Source: Raillietiella orientalis (Eukaryota). From it: a DNA stretch of 64,000 nt. Positions 13,280-24,700 of this stretch are shown piece by piece. The notes under the pieces were generated by a model. That model ran no database searches. It was given only the letters and a program-made list of their open reading frames with translations, and was not told the DNA's origin. The DNA lies in the NCBI GenBank assembly GCA_036172245.1, contig JAYWIR010000006.1, positions 4,092,001-4,156,000 of the forward strand. Direction: 5' to 3'. The translations under genes and the position numbers were made by a program. The number at the start of each line of letters is the position of its first letter. Positions within the stretch are counted from its first letter, which is position 1.

Positions 13280-15659
13280 ACGTAGACAGTTTCGCAAAAA
13301 TTATCTTAGTCATGTGAAAAATCTCCCGGAAATCATACCTTCAACTTCTGTGGTTCTAAGTGCTGAATGTCAAGGCTAGATGGATCTGCTGTTTAGAAAA
13401 GTTCTTCAAGTTTGGAATGCAGCTGCGTCTCGAAAGTAGCCAATTGAAAACCAAAACGAAAATTTCTGCTCAATAGCTCTGGTGCACGATGCTTTCTTAT
13501 AACTCTTTTTGTAGTTCAAAGTGAAATGCAACCCGATCTACGTACACAGTTTCAGCTACTCGTGCCTAAAATTGAAGTGCTAAACCTGCAAAATATGTAC
13601 TGTCGTAGAACGAAGCCATTTTTTGATGGATTCTTGGAGCTCTTTCGTCTGTATTCTCACCTCCTTGAATACAGTGAGCTTGAAATTCCGTGTTGAACTG
13701 AGGAAGAGACCGTTGCAATCGTTGCCTTCCTTCTTTGTATAGTTTCTCGATATCTGAGCATCTCTCCGATTTGAATGAATCCAATCCCATGGGGCATCTG
13801 CCTCCTTGGGAATTCTCTAGTTGTCTTGTTGATTGTCGACTGTCTCTGTGGTTGAATGTCTAGCTTGGACTTACGGTTTTTACATCGACTGAAAGGCTCC
13901 TTCGAATCAACATTCCAAAGAAAGAAAGCCACTGTTCCAAAACTTGCACTTGGGATCTACATTTCAAGAACCTCCATGCACATTTTGGGACTGCCTGATA
14001 CCTCTCCGTCTTCATCGAGAAATACTGAAACTGCCGAGAATGCCACCTGTCTACAGTGGCATTCTGATACCCAGTCCTTTATCGAGCAAAGTTCAGCTTC
14101 CATCTGCTTACTGAACCGAATTCGTGACTGATGTTTCACTTGGCAGAATTTCCCATCATTGCAAGTGAACGGAGATGTACACGGCATGCAGATAGTTAGA
14201 GTAAAACGCAACTTTTTTTTCTTCTATGCCGGTGCATCAGGCTTGAGACTTCCTCATCTGGACGTGCAAACTTGTGCAAGTGCAGGACCAGGAAGCAGAA
14301 AAGCCACTTTTATTTTCAATGCGAGACTCTCTGAAAGGATTTTTGTCTGCCCATCGGCGTATGAATGAAGGAATGGGTCCGAATCCCCTGAAGGTAAACT
14401 GGGAGCACTTTGCGTGAGCATCGCGACTGTTCCATTAGGAATTTTTTTTTCCTCCTGTTCGGATCAAAAACACCGACGAAAGATTTCATCCTGGTCATGT
14501 CGCTTCGAGCAAAGTAATTACTGCTTGAGAGAAGAAGTTTTTTGGATCACACTCGACATTCTTTTTATATTAATAATGGGAACCCTGTTTTCAATAACCG
14601 TCTATGCGTATCCATAGCAACGGCGCCCAGCAGCAAAAACGTGTCGTGATATTACCGAAGACCTCGTTCGATTTCGATGTTTTTTTTTCATATCGATCTT
14701 GCAGGCCCTCCATTTTGTTTTTGTTTTTTTGAAAAATCCGTTGCCATGATGACGAGGGCTTCTCCTTGGTTGTTAAGAAAAAGAAGTTAATTTGTGGGTC
14801 TCTCTGAAACACCATAATCCATCTCTTATCTGAGGTGTGCTATCTGATTTGGTGGGAAAGGGAAGGAGCAGAAGCGAGGGCGATTTGCTGGCAAGCTGAG
14901 GGCAAATCCAAGGGGCCACCCCCGGAGATGGAAAACGAACGCATGAAGGAAGAGTTGTCTCTGGATGAACAAGAAAGTTCGTCAATTCAGCAAGGTCACT
15001 GTGACGTCGCAGATTACGAACTTTTACGGATCGTACGTTTGCGTGAACATAATTCTCCCTACTTTTTTGCAGCGGCGCAAAACTCCATTCCTGGTGGTTC
15101 CAAGGGGAGAGCTTTACTCGCGGGATAAGGACTTTTGGAAAGATCGAGCTTAACAGATAGCATACTGGAAGTGTGAATAAGATGATGAGTGTTTGGGGGA
15201 GGTGAGTGGGTGAGGGAGGCGGGAGATATAGTTTCGGTTGGATCAGCGAGAACGGTTAGTCAGGAGCAACGAAAATGAATCCAAGCCGCAGTCACCTGGA
15301 GTCGAGCACGAAGGCTCGCAACCTTCGATTTGTACAGGAAACGTTTGAAGGTGTGGGAAGCATCGTTCCAGATGGCAAGAAGACTGTGTGCTTTCCAGAG
15401 TATGAAGCAAGCGTGAGTCAAATGCGAGTCTGTTCTTCATCGAATCCGGAGGCCACGTGGATGCTGAGGTCTCCGCGCGTAGCACCAGGAGCCGCAGGTT
15501 CGAATACCCATACACGAACCGACGCAAGGGAAATGAATGAGTGAGTCGCGGGTTCGAGTGCCCCCCCCCCCCTCAAGATGACTCTGGCTGGCCCCCAATC
15601 GGGTGAAGCACTGGTTAGATGCTGGTGAAAACCGGATGCCCCCGATGAGTGGCCGGAAT

Positions 15660-15935
15660 TGGAGAGTCGACTCCCCCAGGGATCCTTCGAGGAGACTGAA
15701 TCAAAGAATGGGTAGTCCCCTCCGGTTGTGCAAAGGAGCCGTCCTCTTCCCCCTCCTCGTGGACGGACCATCCATCTCGCACCATGGAGCTGGTGGATTG
15801 ATACCTCTCCAGAGTGCAAGAAGCAAGCTGCTCCCTCTTGGGAGCGCCTTTTGGAGGAAATGTCCCTTCGAGGCCCTCTTCAGAGGAGGAAACAGGAGCG
15901 GTTCCCTAGCTGGTTTCCTCCGGAGAAGAAATTCC
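15660..15935. repeat. Diverged copy of the unclassified repeat at 35490-35767
   Basis: Collinear shared words AGTCGAC, CCTCCGGTTGTG, CCTCTCCAGAG, CTCTTCAGAGGAG and CCTCCGGAGAAGAAATT (15917-15933 vs 35750-35766). Confidence 0.8.
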
Positions 15936-16216
15936 GAAGATGCAACTTCCATTCTCCTTCAATCAAATTATGGTTCTTCACTAAACTTAAAGGAATTTAT
16001 TTAATCATTCTTCAGAGTCGTAAAAATTCTGCACCGAAGATGCAATTTTGCAAGCGGATGGGTGGATTCAAGATTTGTAACTGATACTGCTCCATTCCAT
16101 CGTGTGCTCTCTCTCTCACATCATAGAACAAAGGGCATTTTATTTTGGAAAACTGATGGCTAGGCATCAATGCATAGAGTTACGTGACATGTTCTTGTTT
16201 ATCAATTAGAACTTTT

Positions 16217-16264
16217 TTTCGCTTGATTGGAATTGAGGACTCTAAACGTCCTGATTACAAGTGA
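16217..16264. repeat. 48-bp dispersed repeat, copy 2
   Basis: Same orientation as 13232-13279, with one G>C difference. Confidence 0.9.
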
Positions 16265-17494
16265 TAAACATAATAAACATAGTAAGTAATAAACAGGTTT
16301 CCTAAAAGTCTTTTTCGAATTTCTGGGAAATGTGCGCCTCTCTTATCTTGGTAGCCTCACATCATAAACCGTGGTGAAACTCCTTCGATAGTAGCATTTA
16401 GATGATTAATTCTGTTTAAAATCGCTTTTGTTTATGTTTCCAATGAAATGCGTAGGGAGTGAACTGAAACTTCTAATACTTTCTCAGTGGAATCATTGCT
16501 TCATTTTGCTTTCGTACTTATCATCCAAGAGTTTCCCAGGTGAAAATGGAACGGAAAGAGTAAACAGGGCTGTTAGCATGAGGGAAAAATGCTTTAAAAA
16601 AGAAAAAAAATACATATTTTCCCGATTTCTTGACACGCTTGCATTTCATTTTTTTTTTTTTTTTGGCTATAAACGGTTTTGTTACAACGATGTATTTTTC
16701 GTCCTCGTTTCTCCTTACCCTTCCTGGAAAACCGCCTGAAATCAACATTTTCTTTACTCGGTTCAAAGATCTAGGGATGGAAAAAAGCTTGAAGCAAACA
16801 TAATTCGGTTCTTTGGTACTGAACACGCTTATCGGTCAAATGACTTTCTTTCAAAAAGTTGCTATCAATGCATTATCAAATATTTGGGCACTATTTCTTA
16901 AGCAAATAGCTGCTAATACAATGTTTGACAAGACTACTAACTTTAGAAGGCGCCATTTTCCATTGTAGGAAACTCATTTTCAAGCAGAATTTTCCTATTC
17001 ACTTGCGGCTGTGCTTCCAGAGTCTTGGCTTCAGGGGATGGTTTTGTTGGGGACTTTCATCTTTCGATGTTAAGTTAGAAAGAGGAAGTTCTAACCAATC
17101 AATTTACATAGAAAGATGTTTGTTCCTATCGAAGTTCCTGTGTCTTGTTTTCTCAAGATTATTCATGGATCTCTCTAAAAGCAGTTCTCCCAAGATACCA
17201 CTCTTCCACACGTTTCATATACCTTGGACGGCTATTATTTACTCTTCCCTCCCCTCCCCCCCTCCTGCCGATTCAAGTCATTTCAATTATACAAATTTTC
17301 TCACCGAGTGGTTTTCTGTGGATGGAAATCCAGTATTTCCCCGCTGCTCGTGACCAAGGTCAGGAATCGTCCCCAATTATTCTTTTCTTTTTCCCCCCTC
17401 TTCTTCTTCTTCTTATTCTCCCCTCCGCTCCCCTTCCCCCCATCAGTGAATTGGAAAGTTTTAGCACGGCTCGGTGTCTATGATGCAGTATGTC

Positions 17495-17548
17495 GGTGGT
17501 GGTGGTGGTGGTGGTGGTGGAGGGATGGGGGGGGGGAGGGGAGGGGGG
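17495..17548. repeat. (GGT)n microsatellite followed by G-runs
   Basis: (GGT)8GG at 17495-17520, then GGG, G9, GGG and G5 runs, so G-quadruplex-capable. Confidence 0.85.
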
Positions 17549-17838
17549 AAGTGTCTTTTAAATTTGCCATCTTGTTTTTCCCTACAAGGGACGGACCACG
17601 GGCGAAGGGGAGCCTCGCCGTGTGTGGAAAGGAAAGAAAACGGAAAATCCCGGTGGCTCTGGCATCGTGGTTCTTTCGGAAGATCCAGGAGGAACGTGCC
17701 GCTGCTTCACGTGTTGAATGGCATGCGTTCCGACGGCTTGCGAGTTGTACGAGCGCGGGCCTGTGACATTCGTGAAAAGGCGTGCAAAGAGCTTTTCCAG
17801 TGCGTGCGTGTGCCTACTACATGCTTCTGTTGACCATG

Positions 17839-17840
<2 letters not shown>

Positions 17841-17880
<40 letters not shown>
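17841..17880. repeat. (AT)20 microsatellite
   Basis: Perfect dinucleotide run. Confidence 0.97.
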
Positions 17881-17884
<4 letters not shown>

Positions 17885-18793
17885 AAAAAAAAAAGGGAAC
17901 AAAAAAGAAAAGGAAAAAAAAACGACTACCTCGAGATTCGGCTTGCATCCAACCGGTTGCATGTACCATCTTTGCCGTGCACGGAACCTCGGCTGGGTTG
18001 AATAGCTGCCATTGCCAGGAAGATGTAATCCCACGGTTCGAACCTCAGACTTCTCCAAGTTGTGCAGTAATTTTTTGTATGCTTTAGCGGAGATCGAAAT
18101 CGGAGATATCTCATTGGGATAACGATTTTAGTTTTTTACTCCTCTGTACGAAATCGAATTTCAAGATGCTTCGAAATAGGGGGTCATCGTGTAGGGATCG
18201 AAGCAGAGAAATAAAATTCACATCGTATGGATTTTTTTTGCCACACTGCTGAGATTGAATGAGCTTTCCCTGACGGTAGAGCTGGTCTGCAAGACATTGT
18301 GTCAGCATCAGAAAAGTATATTCGTTTGGTTCCGTGTTTATTGCTGATTTCCGATTGCTGTAAAAGTAATGGAAGGATAGTGGAAGTTGTATCTTTTATA
18401 ATGCCAGTGAAAGGTAGCATTTGTCTGCATGAATCTGCAAGAGTGTATTAGGATAAATTGTGCTTTTAAAGTAAAGCGAAACGAACAGATTTGGAAAAGT
18501 GTTCAGTTGAGTGTTGATTGTGGTTTTCCAGATTGGTCTGATTTCTATCTTTTACTCCCATTTCTTGAAGCGTTGGTATTTGTGAGTTCAGTTTTGAATT
18601 TGGAGTCGTAATTGTAATTTTTGGGTGATAATGTCATATTGTATTGCATGATGCTGTTTTAAAAAATAAAAAATACTTTCTTTTTTAAGGAAAATGTTAC
18701 TACCTAAATCATCTTCTGTGTATATTTGTTGCAATGTATTCAAAACAGTGTGCAATAATAAAAGTAACGTGGAAGTAAGTCATATTGTTCATA

Positions 18794-21700
18794 ATGACTA
18801 TTAAACAAGAAAACTGTGATGTTACTGGTGCTACAAACATAGGAGAAAAAGTAAACCTGTATTCTAATAATGATGATAGTCTGTTCGAAAAGAATAATTT
18901 GACCAATGAGAAAAATAATAATTCTGAGGATATGACTATTGTCAGTGAACAAAGAAAATTTTCCAATGTGGAAAGTAAAACTGAAAGTTCACAAGAAATC
19001 GTGTTTGTACAAGATGTTACATTTAGTGTAGTGATCCATGCCCCAGGAGTGGAACCTTTTGAGGTCCAGGTAACTACAAGTGTGCAAGTGTAATTTGGTA
19101 CCATTTTCTAGTAAATTCAAGAATACATGATGTTCATGTTTTAGCAAATAAGTATTTTTACATTTCATTCTGAAGCTTTTCCCTAGAATAACTTGATAGA
19201 TAAAATAATATTTATATGTTAGGTTTTTACGATTTTTGAGAATTCTTTCCAACTTTCTTTATCAGTTGATCTAAGCTAATAATAACTGTTGATCATTCTC
19301 CAAGTGTGCTTAATTTTTATCATGTGTGTTTTCAATATTGAATTTTGCAGAATTTGCTTTGCAAAAAGCAGTTGAAAAATTATGCCACACTAAAATTTTA
19401 GCAACATGAACTCGTGAACTTTCCTGTGAGTCACATGTATCTCGTTTGCTAAGTACATTCATATCTAAATGCTTGTAGATATAACCTGAATTTTTGCTGT
19501 CATATTTATTTATCTGGAGTTTATATACAATTATAAGAGTAACATATCACTGTCATGCTCTATGTATGAAAACTGCATGAAAGCCCAAATTGAAATTGTG
19601 CTTGAATAGTGTTGTGCAAAAAAATTGTGATGTAGGTGTTACAGATTTCACTTGCTGTAGGTAAAATTTTACATGCAGAGTTTTCATTTGAATATTTGAT
19701 ATTGGTAACAAAATACCAAAGTCAGTATTTTTAATTGTTAGGCATCATTTGCTTCCTTTTTTTCTACTGCTCAGATACCAATAACTGAGAACTTATATGC
19801 CGAAACAGTAGGTCTATACATGTATGGTCCTGGGTTCTCGTGTATGTCATTGAAGTGGGTTTCAATCTCAAAGAATGCTTATTGTGAAAAAGGTAATCAT
19901 GAAATGGCTTTACAAAGGTAATTACAAAGGTAATTACAAATCCATGAATTCTCATGTTTCATTTACACCATTGCAATCAAACGTGATACCTTAGTATGCA
20001 TCTTATACCTTGGTACAGATAATCATATGGAATTTATGGATTTGTATTAAGTGATTTTGTTGAGGTAACTGAATTGAAAATGAAACCAGCAGTCTTTTAT
20101 GAAAGTTTTACTTCATAAATCAGTAATTTTCTTGCTGATGTCACACTTTAAAGCTTTAGGTTAAATTGGTTTGTTGATCTGAGATTTTGTAGAAACTTTT
20201 CTTCAGGATGAATTTTGTTGCCGTTCTCAGTTCAGTTGGATACTTCCTGTATAATCATTTAATTTTTTGTTTCTCTCTGGTGAAAACTATATTATACCTG
20301 ACTACAGGTTGAGAAATAAATGGGAACATCAAATCTGAGTATTATTTGTGGCATGTTATTGTTACTGTTGAATTCGTCATTTTGAAGCAACAGTTAGCAT
20401 TAGGAAGCAAACATAAAACATTCAAAACATATGATCAAGTCAAATAGTGTCAGATATCCTTTGAAAATCTAAACTCACAAAAATACAATGAAATAAAGTG
20501 AACTAAAACCCAATAATGCACTGTTTAAATCATTGTTTTATTGTTTTTTTTCTCATTGTGTTTTGTGTGCACATTGTTTTTAACAGGCAGCTTTTTTCCT
20601 TGAAGGCATTTCTACATGTTTTCATTTTCTCATAAATTGGTGCTTGGATTACATTCATTGCATGTTTACATAATTTGTCTTTGCTGCAAGCTTGGGTATT
20701 TTATTTTTCATATTGTATGAATAAATAAATTTAGGGAAATGAACATTCATTTTCTTTTTGAATGCAAAGGTGGTTGCTTTACTCCATACGGTACCTTCAC
20801 ATTAGGTTAGCTTACTTTTGAATTTTGACTGGATTTCATGATTGTCTATTTTAAGGTTATGACATATACAAAAGATGTTACCTAGAATTTTTTTGTTTCA
20901 TTTTCATAGGTCTTGGATTAGAATTATCCAGCAAATGTGTAGTTTGCAGTTTACTGGTTTGTTTGTGCATATTCCACATCAAACTTTTGTTATTTTCTGT
21001 GAAATATTTTAAATAATTTTTGATGCTTTTTAGTGCTACCTCTGATTGATGTTTTACCTTTCATTTTCATGTAAAAGCTTGATTAAAGTCATGTTATTCA
21101 GAATGGCGAGGATGGCTGCAAGCAGCTGTGCTCGCCATTCATAGTTCTCAAGTCAGTTTCCGTTAGTCTTGTAAGGAAGGGCATTTCTGATACCTTCTTC
21201 CCTTCTCCTTGTTCCATGCTTAGTATTATTTGCAGTTTTTCATCAAATATTCTTCACATAAAACGAATTTTGCAGTGCCTTTTCAGAACATGATACATAT
21301 TGATTAGAATTCTCTGCCAGTATGGATGCAGATGGGTATCAATGCTACTATTTCAAGACAGTCAAAACAATGGCCTCAACTTCAGAATCAAAAAATCAAT
21401 TGCATGCCATGGAATTTAATGCAATTGTTTCTGCAGCTTCAGAATAGCTAATTTTGTCAGTGTGGAGTTATTGTGTTCATTGTGTCATTTTTCATTACTT
21501 TTCAATGCTTATGTTTTGATTTTTTAATCTTCAGGAATTTTCCCATTTTTCCTCAGCTGCTTTCACAAACCTTGTTCATTTCACTTTAGTTTCTAAGCAA
21601 AACAAAGCAAACATGTAACTTTTGTAGTAACTAAACCATTTTCACATTTTTACTGCTTTTTTACAAAATTGTTTCTTATTTGTGGGACTTTGAGGGAGGC

Positions 21701-24700
21701 TTCTTCAGCTTTTCTCTCTATTAGTAAGTGATCAAATTTTGAATTGTTGAAATTATCAGTTCGTGCCATTCATTTTAGCCTTTTTTTTCTTCTCTCTCTC
21801 TCTCTTACTTGACATCAAGTTAAATTGCATAAAAACATATACTCGCTGACCCAAGAAAATGACATGTTGTCATGAATAAAGTCTACTTATTAGGCAAATT
21901 AAGTATTCATTGATTCATTCATACATTTAGCGTGTTGTTTCCTTGTAACGTTTTTGAAGTAGCAGATACTGGTTATATTTTCCTTGGTGTGTCAGTAATC
22001 TCTTCTGGCCCTTTTTTTTTCCTTGTTTTTCAGAACCATTGAGTTGTTCCCTTTTCATACTTACAGTTTCCTTTCCATATTGTGCTATTAATTTTTTTAT
22101 AATGGGATCTTCTAATTCCTGGAATTATTTCCATTTTGTATGCTTGAATTAATTGGCAGAAGTGTCTTAAGGTTGAGTTCAAAAGTTCTTTCATGATAAC
22201 TTTGAAATGCCAAAAATTAAACTGAGTCCAGGTCCAACTACCTGCATTGCATTGCATGCAGGTAGTTCGACCTGGACATCTGCTATTGATGTTTTTATTT
22301 TTTGTTAAATTTAGTTTGTTCAATATTGAATTGCAAGGCTTTATTATGGAAAGATTTAATGAATTTATCTGAAAAAATCAGTAGAAGATTTTTTCAAAAG
22401 AAGGAAATAGGTTAAATAAGATCAAAGAATCATTTTTTGTAGGCATTGCTTTCTCTTTTTTTCTGTGTTAATTGCAACCAGATTGTAGACGGATGTCTAA
22501 AAGTTATTCAACATCATTTGTATAATAGGATGTAGTTTGATAATTTGATTTAGTTTAACAGCTCTTAAATAACATGTTAAGCTTGTTATTGCACTATGAT
22601 GTGAAAATTGTGTGAACATATAAATATAATTGATGATTGGAAGTGTGATTTGATCTGTTGATCTCTGTTAATTTGTTTTGCAAAAGAATTAAAAGTTTTC
22701 CGCTACAACGATTTTGTTGGAAGAGGTAATTCTCATGCTGGAATGAGTAATTCCCATTCTTAACAGATAGTGGATTATATTCAATAGCATTTTATAAAAA
22801 AATACACTGGAAAGAGAATTATCATATTGCATGCATATGAAGTGCCTTTAAAAATAGGAGTATCAGATGTTTTGATGAAAAACTTGGAAGCAGTTATGTA
22901 TTGGACCCTTTTATGGATTGGCAGAAAGATTTTGGTAGACTCGGAATGGTATGGAAAAGAATTTTTGCTAATAAACAAGTCTATGGGAAAAATAAAAGCA
23001 AAACTAGATTCATAGAAGTGCAAACTTTATTCTTTAGAAAGTGTTTGAACCAAATTCTACAACTAGTCATGGAGCTTAATTATTGAGCTCAGAAATAGGA
23101 AACTCCCCAAGTGAGCTTATTTAAGTAGCTTTATTTATTCATCAAAACATTCAGAAAAGCCAAAAATTTTCCTACTAAATTATGATTTCATGTGTAACTC
23201 GAATATGCATAACTCTTTTCAATGGCTAATAGCATGCAGATGTGGAAACACAAGAAAGGCTATATTCGTGATTTTTCAGCAAACACAGTGCCTAATAGAG
23301 AGTTATGTTTTCGCCTTTTTAGGTTAGTTGTATGGAAGTGGTACAGGAAATTCATCAGATTCTCATGGAAAAAGAGGAAACATGCCATCGCACATGCTTC
23401 TCATTGCAGTTTGAAGGAAAATTTTTAGATTTTTCCACGGAATTGAAGAAAATCGAAGGCCTGAAGGAACGTTCAATTATAAAGGTATAAAAATATAGTG
23501 TTCAGACTATGTATTACGCAGTATTTTACATAGGTAGTTGAAGAGCCCTACACAATGAGAGAAGCTAGAATACATGTGAAACATATTCGCAATCTTCTTA
23601 AGTCTTTGGATCCCTCAGATGCATATAATGGTGTCAATTGCAATTCTCTTTCTTTTCAAAGTATAATCACACAGGGAGATATTTCAGGTATTTGGTATAG
23701 AGCCAGAATATCGAATTTTTTGTTTAGAGAAAAAAAAGAACCGTCCTGAATCCATGGATTGTACTCCTCCAGATTACATCATGCCTGGTACCAAAGTAGT
23801 TCCGCTTATACCTTTACAGCCTCAAATAAAGGATCACAAAAACACTGTTTGTGTCAAGGTACCATTTTCTGAAAATTCAAGAGATTTTCATTGCATTCAA
23901 AAGGTATTAACTGTTTCTGGTTGGAATCCACCTCCTGGGATTCGAAAGATACATGGGGATCTACTGTACTTGTACGTCGTAACTCTTGAAGAGAAACACT
24001 TGCATATCACATGTTGTCAGAGAGGATTTTATATCAATCAGTGAGGCATATTGCTTTTGTGTCGCAGTTCCTTATTTGATATCAGGTCAACTGATGAAGA
24101 ATTTGATCCCAAACCTGCTAGTCCCTGTCATTTGTGTCATTCTCTGGTGGAATTGTTGAGTTCCATATCCCCACTTTTCAAACGTAATTTTAGCCTTTTG
24201 TTGCGGAAACGAAGTCAGAAGAACATATATGAGAAATTTGAAACACCATATCAATTGTACACATGGATTGGTCCCCAAGTGGAACACACTGTGGATGCTA
24301 TTCGTGCAGAAGAAGGTAGATGTTTATGGTTTTGCATTCAGCTTGCTTATACATCATTGATTTTGCAGCTTTGTCACTCAAGTTAGGGTATGAGGAGCAC
24401 ATACCAGGGCATAGTCGTGATTGGAATGATGAGCTTCAGAATGCTCGAGAGATGCCACGAAAGAGTTTACCAGAACGGTTGCTGAGAGAAAGAGTTTTCT
24501 TCAAAGTACAATCACCAAGTTTGCTGTATTTTGATAAGCTGTCCTGGTTTTCCAGATTCACAGTGACTTTATTGCTGCAGCAAGTCGAGCAGCAGTTGCT
24601 GTTGTGGAAGGCTCCATAATGGCATTGAATCCAGAGGAAGATCCAAAGAATCGGATTTTTCTGTGGAACAACATTTTTTTCTCGTTTGGATTTGATATCA

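Noticed and set aside
15470..15570. tRNA or SINE from B-box-like GGTTCGA motifs (also near 11786 and 18035)
   Set aside because: No cloverleaf and no properly spaced A box could be built.
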